From Lama guanicoe (Eukaryota): a stretch of 64,000 nucleotides of DNA. Of this stretch, positions 52,510 through 64,000 are shown one piece after another (the first letter of the stretch is position 1; each line of letters opens with the position of its first letter). The notes under the pieces are model-generated. The model was not told the DNA's origin. It ran no database searches and worked only from the letters and a program-made list of their open reading frames with translations. The position numbers and the translations under genes are program-made. The DNA lies in contig MU053876.1 in the NCBI GenBank assembly GCA_013239625.1, positions 113,394 through 177,393 of the forward strand, in the 5' to 3' direction.

Positions 52510-54531
52510 AAAGTCTACACTCTCCTATACATTCTTTTTGTGTAAGTGATCTTTTCTGTGGGGTGGGGGTGTGAACTGAATACCCGTATCAATGTGGTTC
52601 GCTGCAGAGACAGCATTTGAGGATGCAGGCGCTCCAGTGCAGAGAGGACTATGGGAGATTAAATTCCTGGGAAGTCTAGGCACAGAACTGTAGGCTGAAG
52701 TCAATACTATCTCCATCTCCAAGGGACAGAGACATCTCAGCCATCCCTGGGTTAGACGCAGTGTGATATTATTCATTTTCAAACAATTTCTGTATGTATC
52801 ATTGTGGACCATCTTTCGATCTTGGTTGCCAGTATCTCCTGAGTTGACCTCTTTGCTTTCTTGACTTCTCACTGGGGCAGTGAGGCTCCCGTCATGGGTG
52901 AGTCTCTCCTTCCTGGCAAGTGGAGAGCCTGACACAGCTGGGAATAGGGAGCCGGAGCACAGCAGGACGGTCTGGCGGGCGGCGGCTGAATGTGAGAGAA
53001 AAGGGAGCAGAAACTGTGGCCTTGGATGAAGAGGCCCACAGAAGAAGGTGCCACTATTATATCAGCTCCAAGTGAGGAAGTAAAGAAGATACGGATGAGG
53101 AGAGAATAAGGGACAAGTACCCCGCATGACAGCACGGAGGAGAGCCTGCGCTGAGTCCGCGGGCACCCAGTGACTCATCCACCCAGAGCACCCAGCCAGT
53201 CGGGGGAGTGGGTGAAACATACACTTAATTTTTTTCTGTCCTCATTCTTGCTTTAGGAGGCTGCTTAATTTAAGCAGCCCTGAATTCCCGGGTCTTTGCA
53301 AGAATTTCTAAGTCTGATTTCATGCTTTCCGAAGGTTGAAAACTTACGGCTCCTGATTCTTGAATTTACTTTTGTTTGGCATCAGATTTTTTCCCTTGTC
53401 CCAGGAATGAATGGTGGGCTCCCTGCAATCAGACTACTCAAATTTATCCCGACAGAACTCAACTCCTGAGAGTAACGCTAGTTCAGATGATGTAAAAATA
53501 CATTTTGATTTTTTTGTACATATTTAAATAGGATTTCTGCAGAATGCCCTGCTCTTTATCACACTGTCAAATATTTCAGATTCTGAGGTCCGCTTCACGA
53601 GAAGCTAGGCGGCTTCCCTACCTTTTAGAAAAGGGGAGGGGCACAGAAGGGAGGACATGCCTTCCTGTCTTCTGTGGCTGCCAGCAGGAGCACATCCAAA
53701 GTGGCAGAGCAGAGAAGGTGCCTCCCACGAAGGTGACTGGCTCACAACTACCGTGAGACGAATGTAAGTCATGTCATTCCACACCTAAAGATTTTTACTG
53801 CAAGAGCCTTCCTTGCCAGCTGCTTTCAGGCTGAATAGAACAAAGATGCTGTTTATGCCAGAGACACAGTAATAGTTCACCGGAAAGTGCCTCAAATTTC
53901 CACCAGTTTACTCACACTGTGGATTCAATGGCATGCCTTAAAGGTAATACGTCTGTCTGTATATTTTCATATATATATATATACTTCTCACTATAAAATA
54001 GAAATCATCCAAATTGATTCAGAGGCATTCACATTTCTGACATCTATTTTTTAATCACATTTCTAATGGAAGCATGGTTTGCAGATGAAGTTTCAGTATT
54101 AGAATACAGACACAGATAACTGGATTAATGTGTAACAATTAAACCAATCATGAAAACAACCCCAATTCACTTCTCTCACCAACTTGAGAATTCAGCCTAC
54201 TTGTTAATTGCAGTGTGTGATTTAAAATTTAAAAAGAGTCAAAAATACTGAAGGAGTTAGTATAATGAAATATTCTCTTTGAAATTTGAAAAATCTGGTT
54301 GTATTCCATAATTAATTTTTCCTGTGAGCTAGGGCTACAACTTAGAGACTTCTCAAGAGAATTAAAAAATTACCAAATGATAATCTTAAAAGTGTTTCAA
54401 AAGGCAATTAAGTCTTCAGTTGACTTATACTATATTGCCATTAGAGAAATAAAATTTAAAACTATCCTCTGGGTATTTTTATGTCCACACTTCCTTTAAA
54501 AAAAAGCTACTTTAAAATACAAATATTTGAG

Positions 54532-54782
54532 GGAGGAGGGGGGTTGGAAGGGACAGACTGGGAGTTCGAAATTTGTAGATACTGACAGGCATATGTAGAA
54601 TAGATAAACAAGATTATACTGTATAGCACAGGGAAATATACACAAGATCTTGTGGTAGCTCACGGCGAGAAAGAATGTGACAATGAATATATGTATGTTC
54701 ATGTATAACTGAAAAACTGTGCTCTACACTGGAAATTGACACAACTTTATAAACTGACTATAATTCAATAAAATAAAATTTA
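54532..54782 (+). mobile_element. Young L1 3' fragment about 140 nt into the intron after the PWWP exon
   Basis: ggaagggacagactgggagttcgaaatttgtagatactg...aaactgactataattcaataaaa. Perfect 18-bp TSD aaaatacaaatatttgag at 54514-54531 and 54783-54800. Confidence 0.9.
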
Positions 54783-54923
54783 AAAATACAAATATTTGAG
54801 TTTAAACAAATAATATATACCATTTTGTGTACATAAATATGAAAGTAGGTAATTATGTATCTTTGAGGATCTGAGACAAATGGCCATAATTAAAAACAAA
54901 GGCGTTGATGTTATTGCCCCTAC

Positions 54924-55083
54924 CTCTAATGTGATACTGTAATGTCCAACAAACGCTGCCTGGATCCATGACCGTGAATGGGGGTCACCCAGGAATTCCA
55001 CGTGATACTGCTCAACATTTCCATCCTGGTCATGAGTCACGTATTTTCCTTTAAAAGGATCAGGGCAAAGTATTCCTGGCCAG
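54924..55083 (-). CDS. ZCWPW2: ZCWPW2 coding exon, PWWP domain core
   Basis: Acceptor ttttctttcaaaAG|C, donor GAG|GTAGGG. 160 nt, phase 2 to 0. Completes WP-S-WP and reads WPGILCPDPFKGKYVTHDQDGNVEQYHVEFLGDPHSRSWIQAAFVGHYSITLE. Confidence 0.95.
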
Positions 55084-56518
55084 CTTTTGAAAGAAAATAT
55101 TTTTAATTATTTTGATGTTTTAAAAAAAGGCAGACATTAACATATATGTCACAATCTTATTTCACATTTCCTCCTTTGAATTTTAAAAACTTTTTCATGA
55201 ATTTTAAACATATTCATCTTTTTAAAGTAGGAGATTCAATTGATGCAGGTAATCATTTGTATCTTTGTAGATACAGAAAGCTTTGAAATAGTCACATACT
55301 TAAGATATTCATAAAATATGAGGAGAAAGAATTATAAGACAAAAGAATGATTTCCAAGGTCTCTGAGAGACATTTAGGCATTGCTAATAGGAAAGATAAG
55401 AGACTAAAGGATTCATCCGATTCATGGCAGGCTCGAATCAAGTCTTACCAGTCAGAATGATTAATTATGCAAATGTTAACCCAAGGACATGGCTTCTGAC
55501 AGGGCAGAAGAGAGCCAGTGTTTCATGAACCAGGCCCGCCAAAGGGGTTCTGGTAGGTTAGGCTAGGATGACACTGGAGATTGTCACGACTCTGGGGAAA
55601 GTGTTGAAATAACACTCAGCAGTTCTGTAACGCCCCCCACCCTCCCACCCCCACCCAATCTGCCCCACTGGCCATGACCAAATCGCTAAAAATCCTCAGT
55701 ATTGGAAGTAAGGTTTATCCTTTACTGAACATAAATCCTTTAGGGGTGTGTTCTTTCATGACATAAACCTCTACAAATCCCTTGATATGTTTCATTTTCC
55801 CATTTGGCAAAAACATACTACATACATCAACTAAGTTTTAGCCCTGTTACCAATCTTTCGTGACTCTGATCTACTGTGCAGAGGAGAAAGCAGGCAGGGA
55901 AGGCAGCAAGTAAGACCAGGAAGCTGGAACTAAGGAATGTACAGTAGAAATCTTACTGAATTTTATTTTTTTTTCAGTTTTTATTTTGGGGGGCATTTCA
56001 TTATTTATTTATTTAAATACTTTACTGAGGTGAAATCCACAATCTAGAAATTAACCATTTTTGAAATGAACATCTCGGTGGCATTCAGTACATTCACAAT
56101 GTTGTGCAAACACCACTTCTGTCTAGTTCCAAAACACTTAAAGCACCCAAAATGCAACCTCTTACACATTAAGCATTTTCCCTCTCTGGGCGCCCTCCTC
56201 CAAGGCCCTGGGAACTGACTGAATTTTATAGCCCACGATCCAAAATATGCCTATCTGATATACTCAAACATCCAAAAATCTGTGCAACTGTCAAGTTCTA
56301 CTTCAGTTTGCAGCACAACAGAGCGAAAAAGATAGTGCGGTTCAAAATAAAGCATCCAGGCCCCAGCTCTGCCTTCAGTCCAACAGGAAGCCTCGAGTGG
56401 GTAACCAGGTGTCAACGTGACTCTGGCTCCTCGCTGTGCTGCTTCAGAGCTCAAACGAACACGTGCTTTATGCACATACGTTTCCTGGCAAATTGCAATA
56501 CTGCAAAGTGCCATCATT

Positions 56519-56891
56519 ATGGTCTGAATTGTGTCATCCCACCAAGCCCCACCCCTGTCCAAAGTCATATGTCGAAGTCCCGAGCCCCAGTGCCTCAGAA
56601 TGTGACTGTATTTGGAGAGAGGGTCTTTAAGGAAGTAACTAAGTTAAAAGGTGGGCTCTGATCCAACATGACTAGTTTTCCTATAAAAAGAGAAGATTAG
56701 GACCCAGACACACACAGAGGGAAGACCACGAGAAGGCACAGAAAGAGAGACTACCCACAGGCCAAGGAGAGACCTCAGAGGTCAACCCTGCTGACACCTT
56801 ACCTCAGACTTTTAGCCCCCAGAACTGTGAGAAAAGAAATTTCTGCTATTTTAAGGCACTCAGTCTGTGGCAACCCTAGCAAACCAATACA
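56519..56891 (+). mobile_element. MaLR LTR (MLT1A/B-like)
   Basis: tatggtctgaattgtgtc...cctcagaatgtgactgtatttggagagagggtcttt...ccagaactgtgagaaaagaaatttctg...ctagcaaaccaataca. TSD atcat. Confidence 0.85.
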
Positions 56892-59587
56892 ATCATGTAT
56901 CAAGTAAGATTAACTGGTACAAGTGAAAAGTAGAAAGAGTGATAGAAAGTTTTTTCCTCATTTACATAATTATTTAGAAACTAGATAAATTAGATGCTTA
57001 GATAATTTTAAAATGTAAAGGAAGCTGTAAATCATGTCATAAAGAATCTGAAATCACAAAGATACAAAATCTATAAATGGCCTGGATTTGAGGACTCTAG
57101 CTTGTTAATCTTCTGCTAAATTATCCTTGATATTAAAGTTATATTACAGTTATAAAGTCATAAACATAGAAATGTATCTTCCATAACCAACCATAAAAAG
57201 ACTTTACAGATATAAATTGATAAAACAATGTAAACTAAGGGAAATATTTCATGCTTACTATTATTAATGTAAAAAAACAGATTCCAGGAAGTTGAGTCCC
57301 AAGGACAGCTGTCAGCAGGTGGTGACTTGGGGGAGTGTCGGAATGGAGCAGGCACCTGCTCTCTGAATGCTGAGCAGCACCCTGTAGCTCCTGGGTCACT
57401 GAGCTGGGAAGGAGACATGGGGGGCTGGCTGACTGCTAGCCCCGGATCATGGAAAAGGAAGGGCTAGAAAATTAAAAATTGAGTCAGACTATCTGGAACC
57501 CAAAGCAGCCTGATATTTGGAAGAACTGGAAATGATAATGGAAAGTCAAGTGAAAATTCAGGACCTAAATGAAGACCATCTGGTTATTATCAGGTTCATG
57601 TCACAGCATCTTATTGCTATTTGGCGACTCTGAGCTGCGCTTAAGAGTTAAACTTGGGGCAGTTTATCTTTTAAACTTACAGTGGAAACCTACATTTCTG
57701 AAGGAACCCACTCAAGAGAAGAAGACTTCAACATGCAGATAAATGACTAAGATTGAGCGGTAACTATAACGGAGACCCCCCCACCTTATCACAAGTCGAG
57801 GAACAAGTCGTTCCTTCAACATGATCAATGGCTATTTTAAAAGCAACGAAAATGTGACTGTTACATTATTATGTGTTTAAACTCATTATAAAATGTAGGG
57901 AGCTCACGTTTAATACTAGGTGGTTTGGATCTCACAGCGATTTAAAAAAGGCTCACTGCCAACCAGTACCAAATTATAAGTAGCACCTATTCCATTCGGT
58001 GTAAAACAGTCTTTTCTAACAGTTTTTCTAACACTTAACACATGAAAGAATGAAATATTTTGCAGTTATTATGTGTAAGATGAGCCACTACTGTTCTGAC
58101 ATAAATTCTGATACAACTATTTTTTAAGTCAACCCTATTGGGCCCAAGAGTACTCAATTTAAATCATTACTCTATTAAATATAAATAAGAAGAGATGACA
58201 CCTGAAAAGAAGTAGAAGCCAACAGAAGAAAAACACCTCCTGTTCATTATTTAAAAACATTATATTAAAGAAAATATTGCATGCTGATTTAAATATGAAT
58301 TATGAAAAGTATTACCAAATGTCCAAATAACTGGGGCATTTTCAGGTGGTGCAAAGAAATTCTAACTCCTAATTCACACATCTCAGCTAAAACAGAATGT
58401 AGCGAACTGCAGGAAAAGCTGAGTGGAGGCAACAGATGCAGAAAGCGTGATTACTTCCCCTACCTGCTACATCCATCATCTCTGACTTGCTGTGATTGAA
58501 GAAAGAAGTTGAAGTCCATTTTTTGCCCTCCCTCTGACCTCAATTTGAGTTCCAAAACTGTCAGAGATGATAGTGCACTGAACATTCTACTTCCTGATTT
58601 TTCACTTTCATATTGAGGAGAAATTCTGTAAGTGTTGTCTGGGGACTTAAAGGTGGACAGGAAAAGTTAGAGCAGGCCACCCAAAAGAAGGGGATCAGAA
58701 ATACAAGGACAGTGTAAGGTCAGTCTCAGAACTGGTGGGTGGTGGAAGGTAAAATGTGAAACTCACGGTCAAATAGACACCAGGCGCTGAAATCCACTTG
58801 TAGGACAAGAAACTTCAAAGGAATTGAAAACATATCACGAAAAAACCTCACACACTCCTTCTCCAGTGGATATGATCCTTAATAAGATGGCCATTGCCTT
58901 CAGTAGAAGGTGAAGCTTAAGCATAGAGTCTGTTGCCAGGTATTTATACCCAATGAGAAGCACATAACTTTCATTTTCAAATTGTGATCTAGATGTTTAA
59001 GAAGACAGCAAATATTTCACTTGGGCCTCATTTCTAATCGCTGGAAAAGAAAATGGATGAGTTGGAATTACCACTAACTTCATGTTATATTTGCCAAGGA
59101 ATCTCCTTGCTGTATACCTAACTGCAGGGGCTGATGGGGAGAGGAAATTTCCCACTCACACACATACACACGCATTATAAGAACATAAATCCATAGGCAG
59201 AAGAATGCAAGTAAGAAGTAATCAAATAAAATTTTATAATGTTGAAAGGGTCTAGTAGAAATCTCAATTTTTAAGTATATACACTATATTTAAAAAGTAT
59301 CACTGGATTGGCTCATTAACTTACAGGCATATTTAATTACTAAACTGTTCAGACTACAGTATTTAGAATGTGCATACATTTTCTATAAATTAACTTTCAT
59401 ATTTATGAGAAATCTTTGTAAAATGTCTATGTAAACATGCCCAAGGCAGCTGCCCTATATACAGCCCTGTTTCTCCTTACCAATGCCTTTTCTTACACTA
59501 TATGGGATATGCACATGGGATACACACTGTTATTTTAACTTTGAATTTCTGTGCTCTTTCTAGCTCAATACAATGTAATTGATCAAT

Positions 59588-60326
59588 GGGGAATCCTCCT
59601 GCACTGCTGGTGGGAATGCAGTTTCCTGCAGCCACTGTGGAAAACAGTATGGAGATTTCTCAAAATACTAGGAATAGACTTACCATATGANNNNNNNNNN
59701 NNNNNNNNNNNNNNNNNNNNNNNNNNNNNNNNNNNNNNNNNNNNNNNNNNNNNNNNNNNNNNNNNNNNNNNNNNNNTAGAAGCTTACAATAGCCAAGACA
59801 TGGAAACAGACTAAATGTCCATCAACAGATGACTGGATAAAGAAGTTGTGGTATATTTATACAATGGAATGCTATTCATCCATAAAAAATGACAACATAA
59901 CGCCATTTGCAGCTACATGGATGTTCCTGGAGAACGTCATTCTAAGTGAAGTAAGCCAGAAAGAGAAAGAAAAATACCATATGAGATTGCTCATATGTGG
60001 AATCTAAAAAAAAAAAAACATAAATACAAAACAGAAACAGACTCATAGACATAGAAAACAGACTTGTGGTTGCCAAGGAGGAGAGGAGTGGGAAGGGACA
60101 GACTGGGATTTCAAAATGTAGAATAGATAAACAAGATTATACTGAATAGCGCAGGGAAATATATACAAGATCTTATGGTAGCTCATAGTGAAAACAAATG
60201 TGGCAATGAATATATGTATGTTCATGTATAACTGAAAAATTGTGCTCTACACTGGAATTTTAACACAACATTGTAAAATGACTATAACTCAATAAAAAAA
60301 AGTTCAAACAAACAAACAAACAAAAA
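59588..60326 (+). mobile_element. Young L1 3' fragment spanning an assembly gap
   Basis: cactgctggtgggaatgcagtttcctgcagccactgtggaaaacagtatggag...aaatgactataactcaataaaa plus (CAAA)n tail. Confidence 0.88.
59691..59776. other. Assembly gap (86 N)
   Basis: Run of N. Confidence 1.
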
Positions 60327-61348
60327 GATTAAACAGGCATTGCTTCATTCTGTATAAGCCTCTCTAGCTTTTTAGCTTTATTGGAGAGGGTGAATTCTTC
60401 CGAGAAAAAAATACCTCTGAGATGTTGACAAGATTGAGGTTCTGAGCCTTCGAAGCTAAGTGTGAGGCCATGCACTAACAAGAAGGGACCCCGGTAATGC
60501 GACACTACTAAGTGTCTCTGTAGCCAGCTGACTGGTCTTTTCGCTTGAAATTTCAGCCTCTCTAACATTTCCTAATTAAGAGCTGATGTTTGACTGTTTT
60601 TCTTTAGTAGATCAATTCTATCCTTATACTCTATGACTGAAATTTATTCTGTTAGCATCTTTCTATGTATTTGTGGTACTGGATAAGCCATACAGCTGTG
60701 GATTTGAGTTTCTTAGTCTGTATTTTAAGTCTGTGTTCATCTGTACTTAGTTCATAAAGAGGAATATATGTGAGCACGTAGCCAAATGCTTTCCGTTCTT
60801 TCCAGTAATCAAGAACAGAGATACAGCTGTATTTGGGGGCATTCTGATGGTCCTAATCAGAGATTAGAAATAACTTAGGGACTAGACTAAAATATTCTTC
60901 ATTTGTATTTCAAATCCTAACCCGCAGTTACAAGCACAAAACTGCAGAAGAAATTCCTAATCAAATTTCTAACATAAAATTTCAGATACAATGAAAAGAT
61001 TCAAATCCATTTCCTGAAGTAGAGTTAACTGAACCTTCAGAACTTCCATTAGAAAATACAAATGGTCTGCTTCCAAAATGTTCATCTGAGATATGAAAAA
61101 TGACAGGGGACTACAAATACCTTCATAACTAACTTCAAAAATGTGTGTTTACATTGATGTCTTTTAAAAATATTTGTCCTTACATAACTATCTAGTTCCT
61201 CCTCATGCCCATCCTAATTATTACACATAAGTCAATTATATATATATCTGTATATATGTGTGACAATTTCACATTTAACCCCTACAAGAGTTCTCGGTAA
61301 CAAAAGGTGCATATCTCAGAGAGATTTCCACATCTGAAAAGATATCAG

Positions 61349-61743
61349 TGTACCAGTGTGCTCAGACTGCCACAGGAAAATGCCACAGATTGGGTGGCTT
61401 AAATAACAGAAAATTTTTTCTCACAGTTTTAAAGGCTAGAAGTCCAAGATCAATGTGTTAGCAGAGCTGGTTTATCTCGTGGCCTCTCCTTGGCTTGCAG
61501 ATGGCTGCCCTCTTGGCGACTTCACATGGTCTTTCTTCTGTGCACAGGCATCCTTGGGGTTTCTCTGTGTGCCCAACATTTCCTCTTCTTACAAGAACAC
61601 CAGTCAGATGACATTAGGGCCCACTCTAATGGCTTGCTGTAACTTAATCATCTCTTTAAGAGCCCTTCCTCCAAATACAGTCACATTCGGAGGTCAGAGG
61701 TGTAATGCACGACTTTTAGGGGAACACAATTTATCCAGCAACA
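61349..61743 (-). mobile_element. MaLR LTR (MLT1B-like)
   Basis: TG...CA termini; cacagattgggtggcttaaataacagaaaatt...ggctagaagtccaagatcaa...ccaaatacagtcacattcggagg. Confidence 0.85.
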
Positions 61744-61879
61744 GTACGTGACAGAGTAAGAACACAAATCTAGGTAATGACTTGAAGCCTCTCGTGTGTG
61801 TGTTAGCACAAGCTCATCAGTCTCCCCATGACAGCAAACATCTTACATTTTTCATGGAGAAAAGGTGAAAATAAATGAA

Positions 61880-63025
61880 AATAAGATGATGGGAGAAAAG
61901 GAAGATTTAAAAAGATAGGTGGCAAAACTCATGAAAGAAATTTTACAGTTTTCAGTAAAGACTAAACTGAATGGAACACAAGAAAAAAATGAGTTCTATT
62001 GGTAGTTCCTTTAGAAAAATAAAAGCTGGAAGGGGAAAAAATATTTGAATTTTAAAAAATGAAAAGATGAATACAGTTGAAGAAAAAGTAGTACCAAAGA
62101 TAACCAAAGAAGATCCACCATAAGTAATACAGGAGTCCCAAAATAAAATCAAAGCAATGAACAGAATAAACTGCTTACAATTAAAAAAAAAACTTGGGAG
62201 TTTGAGATTTACAAATGTTAGCCACTATATATAAAAATAGATTTTAAAAAAGTTTATTCTCTATAGCACAGGGAACTATGTCCAATATCTTGTAATAACC
62301 TTTAATGAAAAAGAATATGAAAATGAATATATGTATATATATGCATGACTGGGACATTGTGCTGTACACCAGAAACTGACATATTGTAACTGACTGTACT
62401 TCAATTAAAAAAAACTTAATTGAAATAAAAAGACTTGAAAGCTCATGCTGAAAATATACACTGCATATTTGGGAAAATCAACTGAGCAGGAGACATTGAG
62501 CTATACAATAGTATACATACAAAAATCTAAAGAAAAAAAACAAATCTTTTAGATACCTAGGGAACAATTACAGAATACACTTTTTTTTTTCAAGATAGGC
62601 CATGCTGAGCCATAAAATAAGATTCAATGAAATTGACTACAATACATTTAAATAAGAAATCAATAACCATAAGGTATTTTAAAACTCCAGATATTTAGTG
62701 ATTTAAAAACACACTTCTAATAACTCATTCCAAAGAAGAAATCACAAGCTGAATAGTAATAAAATACAACATACGAAAATTTGTGGGACTTAGCTAAAGT
62801 AGTACTTAAAAATTTATAGCTTTAATTGCCTGTATCAGGAGGAAAAAATATTTGAATCAGTTATCTAAGTTTCCAATGTAAGAAACCAGAAAAAGAAGAA
62901 TTAAACCCAAAGAAATCAGGGAAAGAACAGTGAGATCAGAAAACAATAAATAAGAAACCACACAAACAATAGAGAAAAAGTTACCTTTGAGAAGTTTTGA
63001 AAATTAATAAACTTAGCAAGACTAT
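61880..63025 (+). mobile_element. Old L1 ORF1/ORF2 remnants with a nested young L1 tail (~62194-62415)
   Basis: aaaacacacttctaataactc...caacatacgaaaatttgtgggacttagctaaagtagtactt; nested tgggagtttgagatttacaaatg...tgtaactgactgtacttcaatt. Confidence 0.7.
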
Positions 63026-63065
63026 CCCTCAACAGTTTACTATAAAACAACAACAAAAACCTTAC

Positions 63066-63412
63066 CTTGGCCAATTCTGTAATTTGACCAAAACCAGGCT
63101 TCCAAGTGGGAGCTGTGAATAGACGATCTTAAATCCACTCTCATGAAGCTGGGACTCTTCGGGAAAGTCTTCTTCAGAAACAGAGCACTTATTATACCTT
63201 GAGTCGGTGTTCATGAAGCAGTACCATGGTTCACTGTGGTCAACTCTGGCTGCATCCTCACTTGACAACAATCTCCATTTCAAACAACTTTCATTCTCAC
63301 ACTGAACCCACATTTTGTTTACATACTTCTTGTTTTCCACAGAGGACTCCATTGCAGTATTACACTCTTCTACTATTACCTTACTATCTAATTTTTCTTT
63401 TTCTTTTTCCAT
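63066..63412 (-). CDS. ZCWPW2: ZCWPW2 first coding exon: N-terminus, zf-CW domain and start of PWWP (exon including 5'UTR part is 63066-63425)
   Basis: Minus-strand acceptor ttttccAG (63427-63426), ATG at 63412, donor AG|GTAAG at 63065. Translation MEKEKEKLDSK...WVQCENESCLKWRLL...WYCFMNTDSRYNKCSVSEEDFPEES...LGSLVLVKLQNWP has the four Cys and three Trp of a CW zinc finger and matches my recollection of human ZCWPW2. 347 nt, ends in phase 2. Confidence 0.96.
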
Positions 63413-63459
63413 AAATGCATTCAATCTGGAAAATAAATCAGAGGAAAATAAAAGAATAA

Positions 63460-63580
63460 ACATTTGAAAAATATGAAAATGAATATATGTACGTATATGC
63501 ATGACTGGGACACTGTGCTGTATACCAGAAATTGACACATTGTAACTGACTATACTTCAGTTAAAACAAAGCAAAACAAA
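63460..63580 (+). mobile_element. Short young L1 3' tail just upstream of the CW-exon acceptor
   Basis: aaatatgaaaatgaatatatg...ccagaaattgacacattgtaactgactatacttcag. TSD aaaagaataa at 63450-63459 and 63581-63590. Confidence 0.85.
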
Positions 63581-63654
63581 AAAAGAATAAGGATTTGAGA
63601 GTGTAAGGAGAAAAAATTCCAGCCAAATTCTGAGAAATAGCTCTTTGATACCTT

Positions 63655-63797
63655 CTTTTTTTTTAATTTTTAAAAATTTGTTTAAAGGGGAGATAATTAG
63701 GTTTATTTGTTTATCTTTTTAATGGAGGGACTGGGGATTGAATTCAGGACCTCATGCATGCTAAGTGTGCACTCTACCACTAGCCATACCCTAACCC
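63655..63797 (-). mobile_element. tRNA-derived SINE (Vic-1-like)
   Basis: ggggagataattaggtttatt...atggagggactggggattgaattcaggacctcatgcatgctaagtgtgcactctaccactagccataccc. Confidence 0.85.
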
Positions 63798-64000
63798 GCA
63801 ATATCTTTTTTTTCCGATTCTACTGTTTTATTTTTATTATGTACTACATAATACACTGTATGCTACACAATACACTACATAACCTTCTAGCAAGAGTAGG
63901 ACAAGCATAACTGAGTTATTTTTCATCAGGAAAAGTGCCTTGTTAATCAATGTTCTCCAAACCCTTTGACACATAGTAATGATTAACTCCAGAGATACAT

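Noticed and set aside
52525..52935. 136-aa minus-strand ORF and overlapping 88-aa ORF
   Set aside because: No recognisable domain or similarity I can recall, and no retrogene hallmarks (poly(A), TSD); consistent with a chance ORF in GC-richer DNA.
57311..57326. CTCF-like motif gtcagcaggtggtgac (and acactagagggg near 51229)
   Set aside because: Imperfect matches that are common by chance; cannot be supported without ChIP or conservation data.
60329..60568. 79-aa minus-strand ORF ending KKLERLIQNEAM, faintly like the region after the RT domain in old LINEs
   Set aside because: A single short motif with no supporting RT residues; it would need an HMM search against LINE RT profiles.
63413..63538. 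N-terminal 42 aa of the 158-aa ORF in the track (MSISGIQHSVPVM...)
   Set aside because: Mostly intronic and L1-derived, lying upstream of the splice acceptor at 63426; the supported coding start is the ATG at 63412.

Overview
Mammalian genomic DNA, most likely camelid: it has repeated Vic-1-type tRNA-derived SINEs and young L1 3' tails, and I saw no Alu, BovB/Bov-tA or PRE-1. The window lies within ZCWPW2 on the minus strand. Five GT-AG coding exons (63066-63412, 54924-55083, 32886-33000, 19071-19117, 70-128) splice in frame to about 242 codons covering the zf-CW domain, the PWWP domain and a Lys/Arg-rich stretch; the gene continues beyond both edges. The introns are mostly transposable-element debris: old and young L1, L2, MIR, MaLR/ERV1 LTRs, hAT MITEs and a near full-length Tigger2-family element. 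I found no convincing new multi-gene system. The most notable observations are: (1) a locally templated A-B-A insertion with microhomology at 12.3-12.6 kb; (2) small spliceosomal-type introns and a potential poison exon inside the Tigger2 element, sense to the host gene; (3) two MER41-like LTRs with STAT (GAS) motifs; (4) a twin-primed, 5'-inverted L1; (5) an LTR fragment apparently retrotransposed by L1. Repeat family names come from recalled consensus motifs, not from a database search.
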